A stretch of DNA of 64,000 nt, from the NCBI GenBank assembly GCA_030141605.1, contig JAQGDQ010000268.1, forward strand, positions 205,305-269,304, in the 5' to 3' direction. Source of the stretch: Tubiluchus corallicola. Lineage: Eukaryota > Animalia > Priapulida. Position numbers and translations under genes: made by a program. The notes beneath the pieces are model-generated. The model searched no databases. It was not told the DNA's origin and saw only the letters and a program-made list of their open reading frames with translations. Below, piece by piece: positions 35,601-49,300 of this stretch (the stretch's first letter is position 1; each line of letters starts with the position of its first letter).

Positions 35601-38600
35601 CCTTTAATCACTGACAATGCTTTCAGATCGTGATAGTATTATACTGCGGTTTGTGCAAAACTTTTATTACAGAGCTTTTAAAACAACGTTATATTAAAGT
35701 AGATTGCGGGACAGGGGAGCAATAGTTTTAAAAACTCGATAGGTATTGGTTCACAGCCTGGAATTTTTCTGTGGATTAAAGCAGTCATAGCAGGAAAAGT
35801 TTCTGTAGCGTCAATCAAACTTATTTGACATGTTTCTTCGTGTTTTCAATTCAGTTTCTTTGCTGTTGATTTGAACTTTTTTATATTGTTTACTAATTTG
35901 ATTTCTGTATTGCGTCTATTTCATATAGGTCCAGCAGTCGTGATAAAGACAGATCTCGAAGAAGGTACTTCTTTATTATTATTTTTTTTTGATGACTAAT
36001 TATAATTACAAGATATTATAATACGACTTAAGTCATAAAACATAAAAAAATGGATGTTATTAAATCTAGTGTCTGTTAACCACTAAAGTCCATGGCATTT
36101 GTTTGTTCGAAATCCACGTCTGAAAAAATTAACCATACTGGCAGTGCCGACTGATTAGAGACTACAGCTAATTACAGACTGCAGCAGCAAATTACTGAAG
36201 TCAGAGGTCAGCCTAATGTGCTGAGCTCATTGAGCTGTTAATCACCAGTTTCATTGTTAATATGATAAGCGATGAAATGGATTTAAGACATTGAACAGTA
36301 AACAAAGTATACCTAGGTTAAAGATGTGTTTTTGGTTGCATAATATATAAAACACTAAAAAGAGTTTATTAATCATCTTTTTGGATACTGCAACAAAAAG
36401 CTAAACTGGCAGTAAATTAGAGGCATCGTATTTACCTTAAAAACTTCAGATGCCACTTGTAGAGAGTGCAAGGGTTAAACAACTGTTGGTCTGCAAGCAC
36501 TAATCAATTAAAAATGCCGACAATGTTAATTATCATTAAATGTCTATTTGCTGCCATATGGCTGTCGACGTCGAGCATCCCTAGTTGCAAGGTAGTTAAA
36601 ACAAGCTTAGTCAGTGCTTCATAGCTTAAGTTAACATTATGGCCGTTAATATTATGCTGTCTACTCATCATAGACAGTTAGTGAAACATTAACTGAAATT
36701 GTGTTTTAAGTTAAAAAACGTGCCCTTTCTCATTTTCAGCATTTCTTTTTTTGCAGAGCCTCGCCCAGTCCAAACAGAGATAGACGACGTGACAGATTCT
36801 TTGGAAATGCTCGTGACACTCGGGGAAACCGGTAAGGATTACTTGGAAAGTTTACTTTATAGTTTTTTTGATCGTGTAAATTTGAATTAGTGGTGCGTAG
36901 CTTCATTGCAGTGCTGCAGAGCTTCCTTTCAAACGTAAAATTATGGCTTATAGTAATTCTTCACTTCCACTACATGTGTTTTTTACCATTAAAAGGTTAG
37001 AAACATCATGCAGTCTGCACAAGTTTTAAACAATTTTAGTGCATTTACCACAGAACAAAATCATGTAATGTGCATGATTTTTACAATATTGTGTTTTATT
37101 ATGATTCGAAAATTAAGTAAAAAACATTTAAAACTGAATTCACTTTCTGATGGGGACTGCTCACCACTAATAGATAAGAGTAATAGATATATGTCAACTG
37201 ATTTGTAATTGACTGCAACTGCTAAAAGGATTTGACTTCTGAAAATGGCTCACCAGGTGGATTTACAAAGAGACTTGGAATTTACTTACCAAAATTGAAA
37301 TTTTCTTAAATTAAAAGTGTTATAAAAATGAAGTTATTGTAGAAAAAGGATACATTATGTCAGTGTGATCAGCTTAGATTAAAGGCACTAGACTTCTATT
37401 TTGTTTTCAGTAATGTTGACAGAAATGTAAAGCTGTGCCTGTTAATGCACTATATTGTTATTGAACCAATTCAACGAGTCCAACCACTTCACTTGCTTAT
37501 GTAACTGAATGATATATATTATCTGTCAGAGATGAGTTCAGTAGTGTCATATTAAAAGCAGTCACTGTAAATACGAGATTACAGTAGTAAAATGAATAAC
37601 ACTTATAATCAGTTTTAAGAAGTAATCATCCATATCCATTCAAAATGTCACCAGTTTTGTTCTTGTGGCAATCTTTCTGCAGTATTTTACTTTTGGTCAC
37701 TGTTGTGGGTAAATTTTTAACATGGTTCATTGCATCTGTTTCTGTAGCTTGTTCATTTGTTTCAGGTATCCACGTAGTCGTAGCAAGAGCCCAGTTCGGT
37801 ATGTTTCTTTTAGTTTATCATAGTTAAGTTGGACATGATTTTATTCGTTGCATACGCTTACATCCTCAGTTAATTTCCAGTTAGATTTTAATACTGTAAG
37901 TGTATTAATTTTGTACATTTTGAAGCACTTCTCAATACGAAGTGAATTATCTCTTGCGAAATTCACTGTTGACGTGTGTGTTAAACTAAATCTCGTTATC
38001 TAGAATTTTCTGTGCTCATAATTAATCCACTTGCAAAAGTAAGAATTATTTTCTACATAAGTACCAATAATTCGATTCATGCATAGTCGTTTAATGTAAG
38101 TGTGTGAGTGTGACACTCTCTGTTGAATTTATTATAGTGGCAATATTGACACCAATCAAACACAGAACTTTCCACCTCGATTTGGCAAAGAAGGATTCAA
38201 AAGGTTGGATTAGTTAGTTGAGGGGTTTTTATAAAAAAAATTTATTGGCTTTATGCTACATTAGTAATTGGTTTAACATTTGTGTTTTTATTAGCTATGA
38301 AGCGTTTTTGTGGCCAATTGTTCAGTGCAGTTAGTAATAGCGTGTCAGGACAGGACAACTGTGTTGTAACATGTATCAGGAAGGAACATACGTGTTGTAC
38401 ATTTCTCCTATGTTTTGCATAGCTCATCCTGGGTTCCCACGACCAATGAAAATCCTGAAAAAGCTTGAAAGTACAGGTTATCCTGGAAAGTCATGAAAAA
38501 GTCAGGGAAAAGATGATTTGATAAGATGTCGGGTAAAATGGGGCAAAAAATGAAGGAGATTGGATAGGGTTGCAAAAATAATCACCGTGAACCAATATTT

Positions 38601-41600
38601 TGCCAAACATATTTTTCAGCAACTCACATTCAAATACAGTTTTGCTGTGGCAGGCTCCCAATTTCGATTTCTGTTCCAAAAATAATGATTGGATTAAGAA
38701 AGTTCATTTAATGTGATTAGTATAATTTTGTTAGCACTACTACAACTGTGCCTACACATTATATGTCAGTATATGTATGAATGTCCATACACAAAAATGT
38801 TTGAATATTTATACTTGTAATGCAATTTCTGCTTATCTTGGTCATGGAAAATCAATATTTGGTCAGGGAAAAGTCAGGGAATTAATTTTAAAATTGTGGG
38901 AACCCCTGCTCATCAGTATTTGAGAACTTAGAAAAAAATTGTGCATTTGACGACGTGAGAGACACGCTCGTTTCACACTATTCACTGTTCACACTACAAA
39001 AAAGAAAACTTTTTTGCTTGTTCACAGTTGTGCCATTCCTTTTTATGTTTACTACAGACAGATCCATTGTCTTAACACACACTACTACCTGTTAATAAAA
39101 CTGATTTTATTCGTTATTAAGTCATTAATATTATGCCGAATTTACTTAGTAAAACCAGTCTGTTTTCGTGGAAAAATTATTTGTTAGAAGTGTTCAAATT
39201 GATTTGCTTAATGTTGCGTTTTTTACTTTCAAGTCATCGAATGTGGCTTTTGCCTGAACCTGAGCATGTTCTTTTGTTTTCGTTTCTCACAAGCAAAAGA
39301 ATTATCTTACAATTTCTTTATTTTCCAAAACTTTACATGCACTTCAGTTAAAAATTGTTTTGTATTTAGACTATTACTTAGTTGTAGACATTTTGTGAGA
39401 CCTAGAACATTAGCATCATCTGTCAGCCAACCAGACTAAAGTCAATTATGTTTTTGTATGAGTAGTGAGTAATAATTCCTTTTTCAAAGTTTTTTTTGCG
39501 TATTATTGTTTTTTGCTTTATTAAGTACGTTTTCCAGAAAGAATCTTTGTATAAGAAAGAATGCATGCCCCCTCATTGGTTATGACGTGAGCAATTATTA
39601 CTTGTTATTGCTAAAATAAAAATATTGTGTACTAATGATCAAGATTTTGGGTGACTGCTAATCTGTTGAATCTAATGTTTTTTCTAGAGGCGGTAACAAA
39701 CCAGGTGAATATTCGTCAGGCTTCATATCAAAATACAGAAGGTAAAAGAATCTCTCCTTGGGCTTTTGTCATTTGATTTGTGATTAGCAATCATGATTTG
39801 TAATTGTTTTAAAGGAGCAGATGTGTTGAAAATGACATTACTACTAGCAACTGTACGTTTTTGGTACTGAAATAAAGATCAAAATGAGATTTATGAATAA
39901 TAAATATGACATAAACACAATTTATTTCTAGAAAACAGAAGGACATGGTGTTACCGGAGCTTACGCCCGAAGAAAGGGATATTCGGACGATATTCTGCAT
40001 GCAGTTGTCGGGAAGAGTCCGTGAACGGGATCTGGAAGAATTTTTTACCTCCGTTGGACAGGTGATTTTGTTTAAAATATAACATGACACAAATTTTAAG
40101 CCAAATCTGGTATGCTTTGTACATTTTTGTATATTATTACATATTTAACTAATCGCTGTATCTTTTTGCAGGTGCGAGATGTCAGGTTGATAGTGGACAA
40201 CAAGACAAGGAGATCAAAGGGAATTGCTTATGTTGAATTTGTTGACCCGGAGTCTGTTAGTTTAGTAAGTCCACTTTTACTTTTTTACTACAGGGTGTTC
40301 CAGAAAAAACAGTTTAGTAGAAATAGTGCTGATACGCTGAAATATTCTGGGCAAATCACGCGAAAGTGTGGTTGAGTAATAGGTTATATAATTCAATATA
40401 ATGTAATATAGGATATACAGTACAAGTGGACTTTGTAAGATGTAATATCAATACTTTCATAGCTTTTTTGAACACTGTACTAATAGCACATAAATTAAAA
40501 AAAACGAGCCTTGCTGTAAAATATGCTACCACTATTACGGAAGTTTTATTGAGTCAGCTATAACTATAAATTTTATCACATTTTAGTTGGATAATTTTTG
40601 TCGTTAATCTACAATGTAGAATCATCTCAAGAGGAAATACCTTTCAAAGGCAATAATCCAAAAATACTTTATATTATCTAAAAACAGAAAAATTAAAGAA
40701 ATTTAAGAATTAATCACATGTGTTTAATTTTTATGTGTTAACTTATGGAAACACTGAAAAAATGGGAACAATTTTTGTTTGGTAATTCGTAAAGGCGGGA
40801 GCTAGACTAGCACTTAAATTTTCCCCAGATTCTTTGTTTTCGGAGCCATATAAATGTGAAATTATCACTATGTCTTTCAACACATTATACTGTAGACTTG
40901 AGAAAAACCAAGAACAATTTTATTAAAATATGCTCATAATTCTTACAATAACGAACTCACATGGTATTTAAAGTGATAAAATGACAATGATAGATTAGTA
41001 AATTACAGTAGTATAGTCAGTGAGATTCAGTTTATTTTACTGTTCAGCGCTGAGCTAGAGCCATTGAAAAAGCGTTTTCAGAAGTAATTAGGTGGAACGT
41101 TAGAGAATACGGCCTACAGGTTACTCTCATTCGTACAAAATGGTTGTTCGTTCACTTATTAGCGAAGAGCAACCTTGCAACCTTTTACCCAGGGCAGATC
41201 AAGGCAGCCAAGGTCGTTAGAGACTAATGGCACTGTGCCTCAAGGATACGCCATGCTGACGTTTCTCGCCCTAAACTGACATGACCCATGTTTATTTTGC
41301 AAGCTTAATTTTTATGTGTTAGTTAAACTGATACAAAATAAACAAACAACTTTTGATGATTTGCTATATTTATGCTCTGACAACATTTTTTAATGTTAAC
41401 ACAGGCCATGGGACTCAACGGTCAGAAGCTGATGGGCATGCCAGTACTTATCCAACCTTCCCAAGCCGAGAAGAACCGAGCCGCTAATCCTACGGCAACG
41501 ATCATTCGCGGTGCCACTGGACCAATGAAGCTTTATGTTGGTTCCTTACATTTCAACATAACAGAGGAAATGCTGAAAGGAATATTTGAACCATTTGGAA

Positions 41601-44600
41601 AGGTACAATTTTTAGATATTAGTATTAGTATTAAGATTATTGATGATATGATAACAAATGACGTGCTGTTTAGATAGTACAATAGGTATTATATAAATAT
41701 GGAAAAAATATAAATTTGTAGCACAGCATCTTGCAGTTTATTTAAAAAAGTATACATTTAGAGGTGAAATAATACATAAATAACCTGAATACATCATTCA
41801 TTAGTTACTACTAGGTCAATTATAACTTACTTATTAGGCAAATATTATGTGCCATAGTTTCATTAGGGGGCCAAACTAATATTAGCTGTATTCACTTATA
41901 CTTATCAATATTCTAAAAGTTTCTTTTGTTCAGGTATGCATGTTACATTATTTAGTTAAATTATCAGTAAATAAGCTGTTAAAATTTTTTCTGGTTTGCT
42001 TGGCCGGTGACCATTGTAATTAAATGTACCAGTAATTTCTTTTAAGGAATTGCTTAAACTTATTTACACGATGTTTGTTCTGGACGATACACTTTTTATT
42101 AATGTTGTTTATTGTGTAAATAATTGTTTTTCTTATAGATTGACCACATTCAACTCATGATGGATAATGAAACTGGTCGTTCACGGGGATACGGCTTCGT
42201 AACGGTAAATGAATACATTATGTACATTGTAATTTACACTAATTGTGTTCCACTCGCATGAGCAAGTTTTTAGTCTTAGTCGTTTGTTGATATTGTGATT
42301 TCAATTTGTTTGTGAGAATGTGTAAAAAATCATTATAACCATTTTTGCCAACTGTAATTCTGTTAATCGTATTAAATAATCATTTTTGTAGTGTGGTGTT
42401 GTTTGTCGCTGGAATGGATTATTTATGGACATGAAATGAAAAGTAACTTTTCCTCCTAATCAGTCAGAAAATTAAACATCAGAAGTTTTGCTGATGTTTG
42501 ACACTAGGGGGAATCAAATATTTGTACAATATGAGGCAACTGTCGTAACAAGCTTGACTTGACTTCAAAGACTAAACAAAACGAAAATCATTCCATTGGA
42601 TAAATGTATTAAATGCAGAAAAATTTTTATTAGTACACCGAATAATTACAAGTGATAAAATACATACTGAAGAAAAAAATTGAACGGAAAACAACTGTGT
42701 ACAGTACACGGCAGTCATTAGGCAGACAGCTAAGTTTGCCAAAACCAAAATCTGATTATCAGAAATCCAGACTGGCACGTTCAGATACTCATACAGCTGT
42801 ATAATAATGTAGATCAAGAATTAAGACTCACAGCAACAGAGAAACAGTTAAAAGAAAATCATTGCTTAGTATTATTTTAAATTAAATTATATTTTCATCT
42901 GTTGTCATTTTTGAAATCTTAGTAACTTTTAGATTTTATCAGACTTATTTTCTGACACTAATTAACAATTTAAAATTCCTAATACTTAACGCTTAGGCTT
43001 TTAATTAAATGTTCATTTAGTTTAATGTATGCTGTTAATGTTTAATTTTTATTCGTTTAATTTTACTTATTTGAAATTATCTATTTATAGTGCTAACCAT
43101 GCACGGACCATCATGGAAATATTGTATTATATGCAATTTTGATGCAAATCTATGTAAAAAATAAATTTTTGTTCTATTCTATTCTATTCTATTCTAGCGT
43201 GAAACTGTAAATGATTTTCCATCCTTTGGCATTTTATCAACAATAATCAAAAATGTTGTCAAGGTTTCATTTCATTTCCATGTTTTTAACCAACTTGGTC
43301 TGAACCATCCTTTGAAATTGCAGACAAAATTTGGCCAGCTTCAGGTAGTAAGTGAAAGACAGAACAAAGAGTAAGTCAGTCGTGTGGATTTCGAAGTTAA
43401 GAAATAGTGTAATATTTTTCTGAGAAGATTTGGAAAAAACATACATTATTTGCTGCCAAATTTTATAAATTTAAATTCTAGACAAAGTTGCCTAACTTTT
43501 TATTGCTCATTCTAGATTTCCGCCATAGTTATTTCAGCAGTGGGTGTGAAGTCAGGCAAAATTTGCCACGGGTGATTTATCAATTCAAAATTTGGTCAAC
43601 TCTGTGGTTTGTCCGAAATATGTAATGCTGACTGTACATAACATTTCTTTTTAGTTTCACAATGCAGAAGATGCCAAAAAAGCAATGGAGCAGTTAAACG
43701 GTTTTGAGCTTGCTGGACGACCAATGAAGGTGGGTCATGTGACCGAGCGGACTGATGCAGCATCCGCGGCTTCATTTTTGGACAGCGATGAATTGGACAG
43801 AACAGGGATCGATCTGGGAACGACTGGGCGGTTGCAGTTGATGGCGAAACTTGCTGAAGGTGAGACACTAATTAAGCTCACCTGTAATCATTACTTAGAT
43901 CCTCACCTTTAATCAAACACGTCAGTAAATTTAAAATAAAATAATTTGTGTACTGCGAGATGAGTGTACAACCATATGCTCATTAACGCTCTCACCTTAC
44001 TTAACTGAAAAAATGATTATAATTATTTATGCTTCTGTAGATAACTTAATAACGTAAATAAGGATGATGTAAATAATGAAACAGTAGCAATGGTATAAGA
44101 GTAATAAAACTGAAGGTTGAGAAAGGAAAATATAATGTGTAATTACGACTTTGGGTGAACCCTAATTAGTGGAAAATATTAAATAGTTACGAATTTGAAT
44201 TATCTGGTTATCTGTCGATGCAGCAACAAGCAGTAATAACTACATGTTTGTATGATAATGTATACTGTTAATTGTACATAATAGTACCATAATGATCCTT
44301 TAAAACTGTCAGTAAGTATGTAAGGCCTGTCTGGCCTTGTCATTTACATTAAGTACATTCTGCCATTGATTGATGAATTCTGATTTGCACTAAGAATTTA
44401 AACGGTAGAAATAATAAACATGATAATTTTCTTTCAGGTACTGGTCTGCAGATTCCTGCAGCAGCGGCGACGGCACTGAACATGAATCCCCTAGGTGGCA
44501 TCGCCAGTCTGAATCCTGGTAGCATTCAACAGCAACTTCAACAGCAACAGCAACAAATTCAGCAACAGCTCGGACAAGCGGTCAGTGCTCCGGCCATAGC

Positions 44601-46359
44601 CACACCGTGCTTCATGCTTTCAAACATGTTTGATCCTACACAGTAAGTAACCAAGAGTGGCGAGGTTGTTTCCGTCAGATTGTGATTAACAATGCATTGG
44701 AAATGATAATTGTGTGTTCCCTGTTTTAGCATCGTGTCTGATTTAGTTCATCACCACTATTTAGGCGCTGGACATGTGTACGACACGAAGAAAAAATGAT
44801 TTGATCAACTTAAGCGCGATCTTGTCCGCTGCTTAATTATACTCAAATCGACACACATTGTCGATACGAACCCATTTTTTGTTTTCACATTTTGTTCCTA
44901 GCAATTCATGTTTATGACTAAAATCTAGAAATGTCACAAATCTGAAATTACCAAATCCCAATCTAAACTGAATCTCATTTTATAATTCGAATCTTGATTT
45001 CCAGGTATTTCTTTCAGCCAAATTTTATTCTATTTTACGCAGTTTTCAATAAAATTATTCCACATTGGTAAGACAGCAGTGATTTTCACAAATGAAGATT
45101 ACAGGTGACTTGTCTGAGCAGCACAGTTGACAGTAATTCTGCAGTAATAAAACGATGATATAGTTCTGCTAAAGTAGTACAAGAAGTCTTAGCATTTGTG
45201 TTGAAACTAGCAGTTAAAACTGTAATATGATGCGTGCTTTCACGTAAAATTTCATGAGCTGGACACATGTTTAAACTGAATATGCCAATATTTGCATATT
45301 TCAAGTAGGACAAAATTTCAATAAAGACATCGATTTGTCATTTTGCTGAAAATTTTAAAAGCAAAAGTGCATAATTGCTTTGGTAATGGAGTGCTACCGA
45401 ATTGCCTGTGTAGCCGAAGCTAAACCGAATTTCTTTTAAAAAACTCTGCAAAATCTTGTCAGGTTTAAAGTAACATTCAGCAAATCGAAATCGAAATTTT
45501 TTGAAATTGCTCTGAAAAATAAGTTTTTAATTTTTAAGTTTTTAAAACTCTGTAAAAGTTTTAATTTTATAGTAAGCATAGATTTACTAAGCACATATTG
45601 ACACATAAGAAACTACTATACTAACAAGTTCTATTACTTTTTTAACCATGTTTATATTTTTGCAGGGAAAGCGGCCCATATTGGGACCAAGAAATAAGGC
45701 AGGACATCATTGACGAATGTAATAAACACGGCGGGGTGGTTCACATATTCGTTGACAAAGCTTCACCACAGGGAAACGTCTATGTCAAATGCGCTACCGT
45801 TCAGACTGCGGTCAATACCGTAAACAGCTTGCACGGTCGTTGGTTTGGAGGTATTGTAGCTTAAATTATAAACAATTTTTGGAGAAATTTGGGAATGTAT
45901 ATTAATGTTTTTAACTGGCTATAAAAAGCGGTAAGATGAAGAGAACTGAGTGCCATTATTGTCTGCTCTGCTGCAATGTGAAGTAATGCTGGATCAGGTT
46001 TGTGATTTGGATGATATCAGCGGAATATATAGTAATTATGGGACAATTTTAATCTTTTATGCTTTGCCAGTTACTACTTCTCTTCAGACAGATATCGGTG
46101 TGCTTTGTTGTAAATGGATATTGCCAATTATTATTTAACAGCAATAGAATAACTTTCTGTATGTCGTCTATCATTGACCTTCATAAAAATGTTGTCTCAT
46201 TGTGTTTTATTAACTTGAAGAAGAATGCTAACTGTTTTTAAGTTCAACTTAATTCTTTCTTTTCCAGGTAAAATGGTTACAGCAGCATATGTTCCTTTGC
46301 TGAATTATCATAATTTGTTTCCTGACTCCATGGCAACCGTACAGCCATTACAGCGATAA
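29695..46359 (+). CDS. RBM39: RNA-binding protein 39 / Caper (RS + RRM1 + RRM2 + UHM), about 528 aa
   Basis: Exons 29695-29748 (MADDFDVEAMLEAPYKKE), 33119-33165, 35200-35277, 35559-35594, 35929-35964, 36757-36831, 37766-37798, 39688-39741, 39932-40061 (LTPEERDIRTIFCMQL), 40172-40264 (RRSKGIAYVEF), 41405-41602 (LYVGSLHFNITEEMLKGIFEPFG), 42139-42204, 43655-43859, 44438-44642, 45666-45850, 46268-46359. All GT-AG; total 1587 nt in frame. Confidence 0.95.
31409..32487 (+). mobile_element. Internally deleted pogo/Tigger DNA transposon
   Basis: TIR TAGTAGGCACCGCTTAATA / TATTAAGTGGCGCCTACTG with TA on both flanks. ATG 31869 MEHKRKDLTVKE (start of a pogo HTH) joins an acidic C-terminal remnant (ORF 31906-32190 ...EQPTWKEFL). 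The DDE core is missing. Confidence 0.8.
38429..38908. mobile_element. Non-autonomous DNA transposon (MITE)
   Basis: Ends CTGGGTTCCCAC / GTGGGAACCCCTG, subterminal GTCAGGGAAAA/GTCATGGAAA repeats, and a flanking duplication of (G)CTCATC. Confidence 0.7.
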
Positions 46360-49300
46360 TGCTACTTATTGTTTTTTCATTACCATTTCTTGTTTTCATT
46401 ACCATTGCTATGTCTGCTGGTGGTCAGTGCTTACTACAGTTTGATTTTCACTGTCCATTTGCCGTTTGTCAAAATAGTAACTTTCCTCTGAGTTTTTAGA
46501 CAATGTGTTTTTTTGATGAAAGTACATTTTAAAATTATTTTTAGTTTGAAAGTGAAGGCGCTTGTTGAAACCACCAAATTTGTGTTAGTAGCCTATTCAT
46601 TACTGTACTCGTTTGAATTTTCTGTGTTTTTGTACATAAGCTGTTGACACGTTTCAGTTTCACAGTAAATGTAAGTGCTGTGCAATGTATAGACTGTTTG
46701 TTTTAAAAACATCCACAATTTCGCACTGTGTCCTCGTTTGAAGACTTTCCCTTTTTTGATGATTCATCTAATGTTAATGAAGTTTCCATTCATGACGAAT
46801 GGTTAACACTTTCTACCTGCTTAAAATACAAATTAACAAATTATTAGGTTGTACAGCAAGAAATAATTGCACATATATTTTTTTCAGATTGTGTAGTCAT
46901 TGCTTTGCTAATATACAAGTAGTAAAATGTGCGCGACGTTTCATTTTCGTAAGCTAAGCATCATCGATTTTTTTTTACCGAGAAATGCATTGGTAGACAT
47001 TTTACAGCCATGTATAAACCCTCAATTTAAGCGAGGACTTACTTCGTATATTTCTGTTTAGTAAAATTTTGGAGTTTTGTGCTTTACCATTGCATTATTA
47101 CAACCAAAATCAGTACGATTTTTTCTAATGCATAGTACCTTGTGACCGTCGTAATTGAGTTGTTTTTATCTGTTATTTTGTTTTTGATGGTCTGTCTACT
47201 ATAATAACTTAACAAAAGAAATGTAACATTTGTACTATAAATACTGCAATATAAAATAAAATTTTAGCCTTTATGAAGTTTTGTCATCTTGTTTGTAATT
47301 TAGATGTCATGTCAATGAGAAATCATTGGCAATTTGAACCTGAAACAGGTTTTCAAAATTTTGTCTATGGGTTTCCTCGAACTCAAGATTAAAAACTTGT
47401 CACTACCTGTTCAACAACATTAATTGACATGAACTAAAATATTATTAATAGTTTTTCTGATATAGAAGTTTTTATTTTTCTACAGTTTCAATCACAAAAA
47501 TAGTAGCTATATCACTACTACATAAAAATTATACTTTCAACAATAAATTACACAACATAGTGAATTCCAACTATTCACCATTCAACTATTCTATCTAAAA
47601 GCTTGAAGAAACTAGCGATATTACATAATATAAAAATAAGCAGACATGTATGTACTTGCACCAGAAAACGAACGAACAAATTTGTAATATAAAAAATTGT
47701 CCCAAATAATCATTATAATACCTCAAAATTTTTGTTAGTTGTACGAAGAGGCTTACAAAAATTTTATTAATTAGAAAATCACTGTTTCACATGATAGTGG
47801 AATAATAATTTACAACAAAAGCTAAAAATACCAGACAAACATGACACAAAAGTCATAAACGTTTATAACAACAATTTCTAATACTCCTAAATATCCTCTA
47901 TGAGTTCACCACTTCTACAAATAATTAAACACTTCCAATAGAAAACACAAGTCGGCTTCTGAAGTTGAAAAGTGAAAATTTATGGCAAACAAACTGAAAA
48001 GCTAGATAATGGAATGTTACGTGATTACGTTAAATACCGAGTGTCTCATTTACAAGAAGTGTAAAAGTACAAATTTCCTCGACTGTAGTAGTTATTTAAA
48101 CTGAAGAAATGTCAAAATATGTTTATCAATACTTTAGCACTTAATATATGAACCATATAGATATTTGAAGGATCAATATATCCTTAATACATACAAAGAC
48201 TTGATCTTAGCTGTACTAAAAAATTTGCAACCAAACTCTAGGGAAAAAGACCGATCAGTAGTTCCTAGTTTTTAGAGACCAAAGCCCATTTCAACTAGTT
48301 ACAACTACCTGGAAAGTCTCATATAAACTCCTCTGGCAAAGACTTGTCTATTTTAAGAGGCAAATTTTGAATCACCAATCCCATTAAACCTTGTACACAG
48401 TTTATAATAAATATTTTAAACATCTTTTCCCAAAATTAAAACTGAAGCCTTTCCACTGTTTATAACTGATTAGAATCAATAGTTTAAAAAACTATTTAAC
48501 TCTAGAGGCATTAGTAAATCTACAGGTTAATAAACTCTGGCAGCTACGTATTTATTTTCACATGTACAGAGAGAATTCAGGCTGTGAATAGTGAAATAAA
48601 ATTTAGGCCTAGACATACAATTTTCAGTCACTGTTTTATAGGGAAATATAGGTAGCCTTTGGTACAACATGACTAGCAAAACAAAGCAATGCTACGCACA
48701 CGCGCTGATCATTATGCCGATATCTCCAGAAACAATTTGGACTTCTAAAATTAAAGTTCACTGATGAAGTTTACAACCATCCAGTTAAAATATTTGTAAA
48801 AACTAAAATAAAATAAAATTAAATGTTTAGAAAACGACTTTTAGAAAATCATTTGCATTTGCACGAGCACAAATAAACTGCTATAAAACTGCTGTTTTGT
48901 CAAATCAACATGTATATACATTAAGTGTTGCCATTCCTAAAGGGTGGGTGATCCATGTAATGCATGATATGTAATATATAGTTATCTTAATGTATGTCTT
49001 TATATTTGTGACACCCGATTTTTTATCCAAATGGAAAAACCCTGCTTGCGCATTTTGGCTTCTTTTATCAGGTAAACTCCTGCAGCAAAACGCTCCGGTA
49101 ATACGCGGTTACAATACAAGTGCACTGCTGTATATCATTAATACCATCATAAGCATGCTTCACATAATGTTTATATGAAGTTTTAGTTCAAGACATACGA
49201 CAATAAGAATGTAGCGGTGGGATTTAGCAGCTGCAACAGCCAAAATTTCATTGATTTCATTAAAACAGAAAGCACATAAACATTAAGCAGCATTTATCAG

